In this document: positions 35,340-47,620 of the stretch, one piece after another | Position numbering within the stretch: the first letter of the stretch is position 1 | How the letters are laid out: each line of letters opens with the position of its first letter | Source: Bilabrum cf. latius | Taxonomy: Eukaryota | DNA length: 64,000 nucleotides | NCBI GenBank assembly: GCA_965178125.1 | Contig: OZ237773.1 | Coordinates: forward strand, 434,001 to 498,000 | Reading direction: 5' to 3' | Notes under the pieces: generated by a model | The model's database searches: none | What the model saw: only the letters and a program-made list of their open reading frames with translations | What the model was told of the DNA's origin: nothing | Program-made: the position numbers and the translations under genes

Positions 35340-38300
35340 TCAGTCACTCAGACCAAGCTACTAGAGGCGCTTCTTAGTCGCCTCAACTTCATCCTTCCAG
35401 GCGTCCCGATCGGCACTTGCGAGCACCAGCGACTTCTCCACCGCACCCTCGAACCCGGTGCCCTGCACCTGTAACGACTCGGAGTCGATAGTCTCCATGA
35501 CGTGCCCCCCTCCGGCACGCGCAGGCGAGCTGACCGCCGGCTACCGAGTGGGCGCAGGGGGCGCGAGCACGCCTCTCTTGGGCTGAGTCCGAGTGGCGAT
35601 GGTGGTGCTATTGGCCGGGGGGGAGGAGGAAGAGGCAGGGCCCATGGCAGTGGCAGCCGATGGTCCCGGGGACGGGCTGGATCTTGGGCGTGTACCCTGG
35701 CCCTGGCTTCGGCTGGTCGCGGGCAGCGGCTGGGCCCCTGCGCGGGAGGAGAGGGGATGGTCGATGAAACCAGCATCAGGTGGTGATGACGAGTGCGACC
35801 CCCTGCCCCCTGCTCCTCCCAACAGGCCCCTCTGGCTGGGCGTCGTGATCGTAGCCCCCCCTCCCATTGCACCACCATGTCCCATCGCTGCTCCCGGTGA
35901 GCCCGCAGATGGGCCCCGGGTATCCCCTGTGTCCCCAGTCCCGATGCCAGAGCTCTTGCTCTTGCTCTGAGTCTCCTGAGCAAGAGCGCTCCCGGCCATC
36001 TCCTTGCTCCTACCCGCATCCCGCAGCCCCCTCTGCGCTTGCCGTTCCCGCAGCCTCTGCTTGTGCTGCACCCCCGTCTCTTTCTCGGGCACCACCTCGT
36101 CCTCCTCCTGCACAAGGAGAGCATCCCTAAACAGCGCGATCCTCTCTGGCAGCAGGTACGGAGCCCTCCTCAGCCCGTGTTCCCGGTACAGCTCGTGGTA
36201 GGGCCTGCCCCCCGTCTCGTCAAAGTCGGCCGAGGGACTGTCGGCGTACAGCACGAACCAGTCGTTGCCCAGCATGAGCTCGATGAACCGCTGGTGGACA
36301 CGCTCGCAGAGAGACACCACCGCATGCCCGGGGGCACCCATGGCCCGCAAGGGGTACCTCACTCCGGGCAAGATGCATCCCGTCCCGCACCAGCAATCCT
36401 TTGCTTTGCTACTCTTCCAAGATGCGTACGCCAGCGCGATCCATGCCACCAGCACCAAGAAGATGAGTGCGATCGCATCGGATGAAGTGGTCCTCGCCTC
36501 CCCCGCGCTGGCGAGCACCTTGGACATGACCGCATTCACCAGCAGAGAGCCCATCATGGTCAGCTCCAGCACGCGGATCAGCTGGGCCCCGCTCTTCTGC
36601 ATGGCAAACACGTGCTCCACGCAGTACCGATCCACGTAGTACCGGATCAAGAGACCCGCCGCGACCACCAGGTACAGGGGGGGCATTGCGGGGCCGAAAG
36701 CGGCCGCCACCAGCACGGTCCGCATCAGACTCGCGCACTTCTCCGCTAGAATGTACTCGGGCGGCCGCCCGTGCTCCTTGAGGAGCGTCCTGGACTTGCC
36801 GAGGATCATGCCCAGCAGCACCATGGCCAAATGCTGCGGCTGGATCAGGTTGAGCACGGGGGGCACGACCGCCTCGGCGAGGGCGATTCGCAGCGCGAAC
36901 GCACCCGCCTGCCTGAACCAGTCCTGCCTGTACCCGTTGCTGCTGTCTGCAGGGGGCCCGAACGCGGCGAGCAGAGAGGCCGCCACGGTGATGGTCACCT
37001 GGGTGAGGAATACCTTCATGAACAGAGAGCGGCTCTTGCTGCCAGTCGAGTAGTGGCCCTCGTAATCGGACACGCCCCTGAAGATGTACGCGGCCAGGTA
37101 GTTGAGTCCCAGCACGCTCGTGGCCACGATCAGGCCCACGATCCCGTCGCGCCCCTGTAGAGTGATGGTCAGGGCCGCGAAGAACAGGCCAGAGGCAAGC
37201 AGGCAGGCAAACACGGTGGACCCCGAGCATGCGATTAGCTGCCTGGAAAGGTCAGTGTCCAGCGAGCCCCAGAGCACCTCCTCGGGCTCGGGGGCGGCCT
37301 GCACCACCAACTGCTTGCCCCTGAACCGCAGGTCGATGGATTCCGGGTCAGTCCCCGCTGCGATGCTCCCGCGCCTGCCGTCAGAGGAAGCGGGGGCCGA
37401 GCCGGGCGCAGGGGCAATGTCGTTGGTGGGCGTCCCTGCCACCACTCGATTGGCCCCGGCTGCGTCCCCACCATCCGCTCGTTGTTGCTAGCCTGAGCCG
37501 CCGCTTGCAAGTTGCTTGGCCTCTTGCTTGGCTCTTGCCGCGGCCTGCTTGAAGGATTTGACGGCCACCCACTTGAGATCTGCGTAGGTGAACGTCACGA
37601 ATGCCCTGGAGTACTCGAACGTGGCGAGGTTCCTCTTCCGCTGGGAGATGCGCCAGTCCAGGTACGACATGAACTGCACCAGCGTGGCCTTGCTGAGGCA
37701 CAGCATGGGGATCACGGGAATTCGCACCGCCAGCAGCATGCACGACTCGCACTGCCCGAAGCGGGGGGCTCCCTTCCGGACGGCCTCTCTCCATGGGAGG
37801 TAATCGATCTCGATCATGGCGGGGTCCAGCTCCACGGGGGCATGCAGTGGAGAGGAGGCAAGGGGACACGGGCAGGGGCAGGGGCAGGCACACCGGCTGT
37901 TGCATGGACAGCAGGGCACTCCATCCGACACGAGTTGGCCCCAATCGCTTCGTGGGGCAGCAGGAGCGGGCAGCCCGTCGTCCTCGAGGTTTCTACGAGA
38001 CCCGCCCGGAGCAGATTCTTCCGGCGTCGAGGAAGCCCTCGTGTCCTGCGAGCGGCTTCCCTTCCGCCGCTGCTCCGGGGCGACCGCTGGCACAGCTCCT
38101 GTCCCTGTCCCTGTCCCCGTTCCCGCCCCTGCAACAGCGGCTGGGTTGACGACCTCAACCTCACGCCGCTGATCTCCCCCGCTGACCCTTTCCTTTTCTT
38201 GTTTCCTCTGCCTCTCCGCCCTCTTGTCGAACTCCTCCGACTCGCAGTGCATGCGGATGCGGTCCACAGCAACCCTCCTGCTGTGCTGCAGTCGCAGGAG

Positions 38301-39878
38301 CTCCTCGTCCTTGGTGGCAGGCGCGATGAAATGCACGGGCCCGACCTTCTCGAAGTGCTCGTACAGCGCCTTGGTGTCGTGCGTGGTCTCCAGCCGGCTG
38401 TCCAGCCTCAGGTCAGGGAGGTTGTCCACGAACACGCTAAAGTCCCCCGGCGTGATGTGCTTATCGTCGAACTCGCCCTCAGAGGCCTTGCGCCGGCGGT
38501 ACACGAAGAGCACGCCCACCAGCAGCACCGCAGTCGCCAGAGAGTTGAAGGCAGCCACGTCGGCGCGCGGGCCCTGACCCCCCGCGCACTGCTCCCCAGC
38601 ATGCCCCGGCTCGCAGTAGCAGATCCCCGGGGTGTACGGCCGGTACGCGCTGGTGGGCCCCATGGCAGCCCCGGTGTCCGGGTCCACGGGCGAGGGGAGG
38701 CAGATTCCGTGCTGCCCGCAGTGGGTGAGGCTTCCCGCCGTCCCAGGGACGCGGAGGAACTGCGCGGGACACGCGGCGCGCTTGCACCCCAGCATGCGTC
38801 CGGTTGCAACCGACAGCTCCGAGTGCGAGTAGAGTTGGGAGAGGGCTCCATGCTGCGCCACCTCGCTGCTCGATTGGTTGCTGGTGGCGGTCCCTGCCTG
38901 CAGCTGCCGTCTGTTTCCAGACGCGGCACCTCCTGCAGGCAGGGCGGCGGTCTCATTTGCATCGATCGAGTCTACAGTCCCGCTCTCCTCTTTGTACTCG
39001 CACGCGGCCCCGTATGTCCCGGGGTCGCACTCGCAGAAGGCAAAGAGGGGCTGCTCTGCGACGGTGCGACGGATCCGGTCTGCCAGCGTGGCCTCCGTGC
39101 CTGGGTCATGCTCGCGCACCCTCCTGAAGCGCACCCTGCAGAATCCCCGCCCGCTGCACACGTCGTCTCTGCGCCTCGTCACGTCTACTTTGTCGGCGGC
39201 GAGGTCGCGTACCTGGTACGGGGGCTGGCACCACCCTGGAACGGAGACGGGGGAATCGCTGCTGCTTGACGAACTCGAGGCAGCAGGGCTTTCTCCAGCG
39301 GTAGAGTTGGTCGCGTCTTCGAATTCGCAGGCAGGGCCGCTGAATCCAGGCATGCACGCGCACACGGAGTCGAATGTGGCGCACACAGGAGCCTGGTCTC
39401 CGGATTTAAATGATGCTTGCTCGCACATTATGCTCCCAGACTGCTCGGATAAGTTTCCAGCGAGGCCTGCACTCGTGGCCCAACCCGAGCACGTGCGAGC
39501 GCAGAATCCCCGCCCGTTGCAGTTGCTCGGACATCCTGGCGTCCAGCCGAACTTGGCAGTATTTGCCATCGAGGAGCGAACAGCCATGCCAGCAATACTA
39601 AACATGTAGTCGTAGCGGTCCCCTCGGGCAAAAAAGAAGGTGTTTGGCATTACAACGATGCCAAGTAGAAGGAAAATGACAGTGAAGTACCGGACAAAAG
39701 ACAGATACAGCACAGTTCCCATCCCCAGGTACCCCTGCTCCTTGATTTCATCCGTGGTTGGCCCGAAACGGACACTTCTCTGCATAAATCGAATAGGATT
39801 TGCCATGCATAGCCTTGCCCTTTCACCAAATAGGCACTCTCGCAACCACTCCCGTTGCGACAAGCCGCCCTTCTCCAT
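35340..39878 (-). CDS. OSCA/TMEM63(CSC1)-like multi-pass channel with extracellular EGF-like repeats, ~1512 aa
   Basis: Motifs GTVLYLSFVRYF, ITPGDFSVFVDNLP, RAFVTF, VQAAPEPEEVLWGSL and multiple TM helices. Cys repeats such as CxCxPGFSGPACE. TAG at 37490, 35543 and a tandem TAG-TAG near the end; TGA 35342-35340. Confidence 0.78.
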
Positions 39879-40058
39879 CCTAACAATTCAGTGCGGTTCG
39901 ATTCCGTATAAATTTTTATTTTATATCAATGTGGCAGGACATGAGATGACATCAACTAGGTAATCAGTTGAGGGGAGCACCAACCGACGGAACCAATTCT
40001 TTGTAAGGTGCGTTTATGAGGGAAGACGAACACCAAGCCCCACCTTTGGAGTGGAACG

Positions 40059-41180
40059 ATGGCCGCTGCTGACGCAAAGTACCCGCCAATCAAGTGGGCC
40101 CAGCGCAAGGATTCGCTGTGGGTGACCTTTGATATCCAGGACTCCGATGATGTCGAGATCAACCTTGCCGAGAGCACGCTGAAGTTCAAGTGAGATTACT
40201 CGGATCTGCGAGCGATTCTCCAGCCATCCAGGGGCTCAATGGGTGACATGACCACCAGAAGAGCGTCTTCGGCAATAACTTGATTGAGTTTATGAGACTG
40301 CTGTGATTCAAATCAGGCATGTTCCCATTGGCAACTTGCACAAAAGCTGGTTCACACCCTAGCTGCCACGCGTCACTACTGCTGCACCACTTCTTTACTT
40401 CACACATGGCCTCCCACCATCAAGCAGGTGCAAGACTAGCGACGATACTTTCGATGTGACCATGGATCTGTGGGGAGAGGTTGACCCCGAGGATGAGGAG
40501 AGCAAGTACGACGTTACGCCCCGCGAGATTGTCTTTCACATCATGAAGAAAGACAAGGAGGCCGATCATTGGCCATACTTGCTGAAGGACAAGAGCATCA
40601 GCAAGGCGCACTGTGCCGTCGACTGGGACAGGTATATGGATCAGGACGACGAGGAGGAGGCCGGTGCGGGCGGTGCTGGATTCGACATGTCCCAGTTCGG
40701 CGGCGGAGGCATGGTGAGAACGGCTGCAAGCAGCGTGCCTTGAGGATCGCACCAACGTCCTTGCAATCATTGCTCCGATGCTCATATCTCTGTTATTCTT
40801 TCACGCAGAACTTCGGCGGTATGGGCGGCGCTGGTGGCATGCCCGGTGGCATGGGTGGCATGCCCGGCATGGGCGGCATGGGCGGCGGTGCGGGCGGCAT
40901 GGGCGGCATGGACATCCAGCAGCTCATGGCTCAGATGGGCCAGGGTGGCGCTGGTGGCATGCCCGGTATGGGCGGCATGGGCGGCATGCCCGGCATGGGT
41001 GGCGACGCTGGCGGCATGCCCGATCTGAGCAGCCTGGGCCTCGGCGAGGACGGGGACAGCGACGATGCAGGGGACGGCCTGGACGACCTGGACGATGACG
41101 AGGACGACGGAGTCAGCCCGGATGCCTCCAAGGCTGCCCCGGACGCATCGGGAGATGACGACATCGACGAGCCAGAGTAA
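40059..41180 (+). CDS. Hsp90 co-chaperone p23 (CS domain, GM-rich and acidic tail)
   Basis: PPIKWAQRKDSLWVT, HWPYLLKDK, VDWDRYMDQDDEE. Introns 40190-40427 and 40714-40808. Ends TAA 41178-41180. Confidence 0.92.
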
Positions 41181-41356
41181 GCGAGGGGGGGAACTAGGTC
41201 CCGGTGACGGTGCGGCAGGGCCTGCGAGGGTCTTTGCCCGCGCCTCTTGTGCTGTGCTGTGGCTGTGGCTGGGCGTGCCACTGAATCTGAAATTGGCGAT
41301 TCGTATCGAATGGACTCCTTCTTGAGCATCGCACGAATTGCTGCCGTCCATCCCAC

Positions 41357-44300
41357 TCAAGAGCTCCCGGCATCCACCACCGCGGCCCGCAGGTCCTCCA
41401 TGCTGCCCTCTCTATGCGCCGCCTTGCACACTTCCAGCAGCAGCATCCTCACCCGCCTCATGAGAATGTCCGCAGCCCGCTGCGCCACCACGTGCCTCTG
41501 CATCACCGGCATCACCACCTCAATCTCATCATCGTCGTCGTCACCGGCACCACCCCCACCCGCCCTGGGCTTGCCAGCGCCAAGGGAAGCTGCATGCCCC
41601 GCCCTCGCCCGCCCCACCAGCTTCACGGTCGCGGTTGCAACCGCATCGATGGCCTTGTCCGGGAGCGCAGGCGCGCCATCACCCCCCTGCAACCGGGCCG
41701 AGTCTTTCAGGCCCGCAGCCAGCCAGCCCCCGGCCTCTGGCCCCGCCAGGTAGATCACATCCCCGATGCACCTGCACACCGCCCCGCGGTCCTGCTGCAG
41801 CAGAGGCTAACCCGCTCCCCCGCTCCCCCCGCAGCCCCGCAGCAAAGACCCCGCCAGGCTCCGCACCAGCCCCGGGCCCCCCTCCCTGCACTGGGCCCGC
41901 ACCATGGGCAACCAGGCAACGCGATCCGGCTCCTCCGCCCGCCGACACAGCAGGGTGGCCAAAGACGCAGCCGCGGTGGGGAGACCCTGTCCCGCCGCGT
42001 GCCCAGTGGCCTCCAGCAGCACGAGGATTGCCCTGACAGCGGGCGAGTGCGGCAGCATGGCCTGGGGTGCCACGCGCAGCAGAGCGGCACACAGCCGGAT
42101 GAGCTCTTTGAGTACCCCCGGCCGCGTGGGCAGCACCCCGGCCATGTCTCGAGCTACCTCAATCGCTCCTCTGACCACCCCACCCGCTTGCTTGGCGAAC
42201 GCATCCAGCGCCCCGCCCTCCTTTGCCGTGTGTCCCATGCACGTCAGCGCGGTCCGCATGGCCTCCACCGGGGCCGTGCGTCGAGTCACCGAGAAACACG
42301 TCCCGAGAGCCTTCAGCATCGGCCCGGCGCCGCGCCTCGCAGCCGGTTCCGCGGCCAGGAACATGCTCTGCATGACCCTGCACCCGGCATCCACCGCGGC
42401 CCCGTCCTTCCTCTCGGTGCCCCCGGACACCGCCCCCTCCGCCAGCCGGTACAGCCTGGGCACGGCCTGGCCCACCGCAGCTTCCACGGCCTCGCAGGAA
42501 GGAAGGATGCAGGAGGCCTCGTGCAGGGCCTGCAGGAAGTGAGCCAGCACCTGCATGCTGGTGCTGGCCCCCGGGCTGCTGCCTCCCCCCTCGGATGCCT
42601 GTTTGCCCAGGGGACCCATCGCCCGCCCGACAAGTGCCCCTACCTGCCCCGGCTCGGCACCAGCGATCAGGCAGGCCGCCGCCCCCGCCGCCTCCTCTCT
42701 GTGGTCCAGCCTCAGCGCCTGCATTGAGGGGAGTCCCAGCACCGCGGGCAGGCAGGGGCCTCCCCTGACGTGGTCCGCGCACAGTTTGCCCACCCTCCTG
42801 AGCGCCCACGAGGCCAGCCTGCTCGTGCCTCGGCTGCCGCCCTCCTCGTCATCCTCCGCCAGTGGCACGTGGCTTTCCAGCTCCGAGTCCCCCTCCAGGC
42901 CCCTGCCGCCCGTGTCCAAAGAGGCCCCCACGCTGGCGGCAGAGGCGGGCGACAGGGAACAAGCGCGGGGCCCCGCCGCCGAGAGGGCCGCCGCCAGGCA
43001 GGCCAGGCACCTGTCCACGAGGGCACCCGGGGCCGGGCCGGGCCACGACTTGGCGGCGGCTTGCTTGGCATCAAGGCGGTCGCACATCCGAGCCAGCATC
43101 ATGCTTGAGCGGCCGATGGCCTCGCATGCGGTACGCAGCAGCTGAGCCGTGCAGCCCCTCTGTCCCGCACGCAGCCCACTCGCGCGCCACAGCAGCTGTG
43201 CCACCTGCGGAGCAATGCGGAAGGGAGTACCAGCGGTGGTCCCACTGCCGTGCGATGCACCCGCCTCTGGCAGCTCCTGCTGCATAGCGGCAAGCAGACC
43301 GTCGCTGGTCATGGCAAGGCAGTGAAGGCCGGCCTCCGCCACCTGCCACGCGCCATGGATCCCCCCCCTCTGACCCCCTCCCGGCCCCCGCCCCGGACTA
43401 CCCCCACCCCCATCCTCTAGCGCTTTCAGTGCCCCTCCAGCTCGAGACAAGACCCCCTCCAGCACACCCGCGCCCCCCTGCTCCACCGCCACATCCAGGA
43501 TAGACCGCACCGCCCACCTCCCGTCGTGGAAGTCATCGCCCTGGAGGTACCCCCGAGTGCCCGCGCATACACTACCTTGTTCCCTGGTACGACCCTTTGG
43601 CACCGCAGTGCCTTGCACCTACACCCCCCTGTCCTCTCTGGTCCAGCACCCCTCCCCGGGGACAAACCCGGGGGGGTACTGACACCGCCCCGCCGCCACC
43701 AGCGCCACACGGGCCCACATGCCGGAGCGCGCCAGCCCAATGCCCCCCTCCTCCGCCTCCAGACAGGCCAGAGACACCCATGCAGATCTCGCAGGGAACA
43801 CGCACCTGTGCACGGGCAGGGCCAGCACCTCCAACCCCAGCTCCAGCAAGCGAGTCCCCAGAGAGGGGGCATTTCCCCCAGGGGTCGGTGCTCCAGCCCC
43901 AGTCCCTGCCATCCCTGGCCCGCACACCCACGCAGGGGCCGCTTCCAGCAGGGCCAGTGCGGCCTGCGAGAACCCCTCCGTGGCCTCCAGCCGGGGCTCT
44001 GCCTCGTGCTCGCTGCGTGCCGCCCCCGCCGACTCCGTCGCCGTCCTGACCCTGCCTGCGGCGTGCCCCGCGCACGCCCCCGCGATCTCGCTAAGCAGCG
44101 CGTGAGGCATGTCTCGCACGCGTGTGGCGGGCACCAGCCCTGGGAGGGCCAGGGCGGCCTCCTTGGCCTCGGCATGTTCCGCAAGCGGCGCCGCGAGTGC
44201 CCTTGGGATGCCCCCCGCGATCAAGGGGGCCTCTTTCTGCAGCGAGGCCAGGTCCAGGGCGGGGACAGCAGAGGCCCAGGCAGCCAGCACGCGCCATCCC

Positions 44301-45145
44301 TCGGCCCGTGGGGAGCGCCCACCGGCGGGGGCGGGCGGTTGGCTGCCGGGGGGCGCGCTGCTCCCGAGCACTTGCTTCAGGGAGGCGAGCACTGCAGGGA
44401 CAGCTGCGGCCAGGTCGGCTCTCACTGCCGCCCGCTCGGCCCCCGTGCCGTTGAGATCATCAACTTCTCTTGGCACCGCTGCGAGCACGTCCAGCAGGGC
44501 CGGGCCCAGCGGGCCAGGGGCGGACGGGGCGGCTGCGAGCGAGCCGCTGGTAAATCGGCGAGCCACCTGCCCGCAGAGCGCCGCGCAACCCCCAGGAGTT
44601 CGAACGGCAGCAGAGGCGTTGCAGTCCGCCAGAATTCCGGGAATGCCGCTTCGCCTGCCCGCGCACGCTTCCATCCTGGCCCACAGACCGGCCTGCGCTT
44701 TGGACTTTTTGTCCGCCGGGATGCCGTGCCACTCGCGGCGGATTTTTGACCGCAGCTCTTGCGCTGCATACACGCCATGGATATCGCTCTTTTCTTGCAG
44801 CAATCTTAGTAGGAGCCCCCAGCTATCCTGCGAGGTATCTAGGTGCAGCGAGCGCCAAGGGACCATTGCTGATTGGGCAACCCAAAGCTAGCCTAGCATG
44901 CAGTACAAGCCATATGTCTTACCGTTGCCGAGACTTGGGCTGAAAGCCAGGCGCTGGCAGCATCGCGAGCCTTGTCATCCGAAGCCTGCGGAGCAAGCAA
45001 GTATAGACCATCCAGGGAATGATGAACAGCGACAGGAATCGAACATGGTCAGGGGACGACGAGGCACGCTTTGCCAGATCCTGCTCACATCACCAGTTGC
45101 TGCAAGAACTGCTCTGCATACTTTGGCATACGCATCGTCCGCCAT
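41357..45145 (-). CDS. Importin-beta superfamily HEAT protein (transportin-3/importin-13-like, divergent)
   Basis: Spliced N-terminus (introns 45088-44986, 44922-44828) gives AASAWL..DSWGLLLRLL..YAAQELRSKIRREW (IBN_N-like), followed by LLDVLAAVPREV and WQVAEAGLHCL. Two in-frame TAG (43621, 41809). Confidence 0.7.
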
Positions 45146-45736
45146 GCGGACCTTGTTTTGGGGCGCGTCAACCATTCCCGGGCTTGAAGCAGATTCCGAG
45201 TAGCCGCAAGCAAAGGAGCGGAGCACTGCATGGCTGTAGTGAGCGAGGTTAGAATTTCGGGTGAAAGAGATGGTTATACATACAAATATGTATATCTCGA
45301 TGTAAAACTCAGTAGGGTTCCCGATTGGGGACATGGTAGGCCATTCCGGAAGAACGGGAGCAGGACAGGCTGGCAAAACAGCGCAAGGAAGGCCAAAGTT
45401 GATTGCGACGCTAAAAATCTCCCCAATATTATGCCAGTAGATTGTTTGATGGCCACCAATCTTCGAGGATAGCTCTTTACAGCCTGAATCTGCTACCCAA
45501 GACAGACTGCTTGATTGCGGACTTGTCGGCTCGGATTATGCTGTCATCGCAGACTATCTTTAAGTGTCGCAGTGTCAACAAAATGATCACTGCCTGGACT
45601 TAGAGCATGGAGCGAAGGATGCTACGCCCCCGGCCTGCCATACGCGTTTCCGGTTGCAGTGCGCGGTTGCAACTTTTGCGAGCGCAACTGCAACTCCAGC
45701 AAATCGTCCTGGCTAGCATATATGAGGAAAACAAGC

Positions 45737-47455
45737 ATGACCTGGCGGTTCGGAAACATTGCATTAATAGTGTGCGTTGCAGCTGTTACGCAAGCTCTGC
45801 GCCAGGAACAACCGATTATCCGCAGAGGCGCGGAAGGCCTACGGTGGCGTTTCCTTCGCGGTGCCGACAACAGACGACTGCTGGATTGCACTGCAGATGA
45901 AGGGGTGGCGTTCCGAAATGGAGAGCTACTGTGTATTCCAATTGATTGCGAGCAGCGGTACGGAGACGAAAAGCCCGTCTTCCACCAGCAAGTGAGCACG
46001 CGGGCAAGTGCTTCTTGCTCGTCTCTCTCGCATCATTGCCAGCTCATGCTAACATGTGCCACACAACCCAGCGCTTACTCCTCCACCAATGGACTGAAAC
46101 TGCACGCGAAAATCCATCGCTGTGCGAGGACCGATCGCACGTTGCATGCAGGTGCCTAACCGAAGGCGGCCTCGCTCCCCGCTCCGACGCACCCCACCTA
46201 CGCATCCCGTGTGCTCCCACCGCAATCCCTTTCACAGACTCGTACATGCGTGCCCGTGGGCTGGAGTCCGCCCACCGACCCCGGTGGTGGCGGGTCAGGG
46301 TCCACAATCGAAGATGAAGATGAAGATGACGGCAGCATCCAGGGCGGCGGCTCAGCCCAGGGGACAGCAGGACTCGACTGCTCGGGACACGGCACTGCGG
46401 CGTGCGGGGCATCGGGGGCGTGCACCTGTCTGTGCGACTCAGGGTGGGAATCGGCTCCGAGTCCGGATCCGCTTGCGACCAACCGCACCATGTGCAGCCT
46501 TCAGTCGGCGGGGGCGGGGAGCGGGGGCCCCGACCCCAGTGACCCCGGGCAGGTGTCGCAGGAAGACCTGGACAGGGGGAGGGTTGACCCCACCACGGGG
46601 GAGCGCGTGGGGAACAGCACCTGCAAAGGAAGCGAGTGCGCCGCCGTGGACCCGTTCGCCGCCACTGTGCTGGGAGTGGTGGCGGGGGTTGCCGTGATCG
46701 GGTGCAGTGCATGCTGGTGCAAGGGGTCCTGTTGCTGCTGTCCCTGCCCGGAGGGATGCGGCGAGGATGTTGCCTCGAAAATCGAAGATGAAGAACAGTC
46801 GAGGAAGGGCAGGCGCCGGCGCCGGCATCGCGACCGCGGCCGGAAGCAGCGCAAGCACGGCCACAAGCGCACACTCGGGAACAGGCACTCGGGCTCGGAT
46901 ATCGGCTCCGGATCCTCATCGGCGGATTCCTCCCGCGCCGCTTCCTCCTCCCATTCGCGACCCAGACACCGCCCTTCCGCCTCGCCCTCGCCGTCGCCCT
47001 CTTTGTCCTCGTCCTCTTTGTCCTCGTCCTGCACGGCCTCTTCCGGCGATGAGGAGCACCACCACCGTCGCCACCACCAGGATCGCCGCTCCTCCCCCTC
47101 CCCCTCTGCTCACCGGGGCCGTGCCAAGGGGGCCCAGGACCGCCACTCCCGGGCAGCAGCTCCCGGGGGGTGGGCCTGGTGGGCTTCCCTCAGGGGCGGG
47201 GGGGAGGGGAAGGGAGAGGGGGGCGGCAGGCGGGACCAGCACAAGAGAGGCCGCGGACACGAGCACGGGCGGGTTCACTCATCCCACCGCAGCAAGCAGC
47301 TGCTCCAAGTGGTGCGGGCAGCTCGCCAGCTCGACGAGAAAGGATACGCGAGCCAGAGCCTCCAAGGGCCCGAGATAGCATCTCGAATCGGCATGGAAAG
47401 GCCACTGGCAGGGACTCGCGGTGCAGCCAGGCAGTTGTTCCCTCCAAGGGCGTGA
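45737..47455 (+). CDS. Single-pass membrane protein with signal peptide, EGF-like domain and Cys-rich juxtamembrane segment
   Basis: Hydrophobic N-terminus, predicted intron 45992-46237, CSGHGTAACGASGACTCLCDSGW, TM segment TVLGVVAGVAVIGC, Ser/Arg/His-rich tail, TGA. Confidence 0.65.
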
Positions 47456-47620
47456 ATGTTCCTCCCGCGGGAAAAAGGTTCCTTGACGAGTTGCACATGC
47501 CCAGGCTGGTGGCAGCCCCACTGGCAGGGCGCGCAGGAAAGACAAGCCTAGCACTCTCACGGCGGGGCCCGCACCAGACAGACCCGACCGTGACAAGACA
47601 TGGGACGAGTAGGAGGCACC

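Noticed and set aside
37512-39269. Long antisense or alternate-frame ORFs in the track (also 28197-29633, 41414-42727, 56975-58264, 12504-13973)
   Set aside because: They are shadows of GC-rich coding sequence on the opposite strand and show no recognisable motifs.
20550-41180. Ciliate-type code with both TAA and TAG as Gln
   Set aside because: No internal TAA was found in intact genes despite about 65 TAGs, and two genes end plausibly at TAA. Disfavoured rather than formally excluded.
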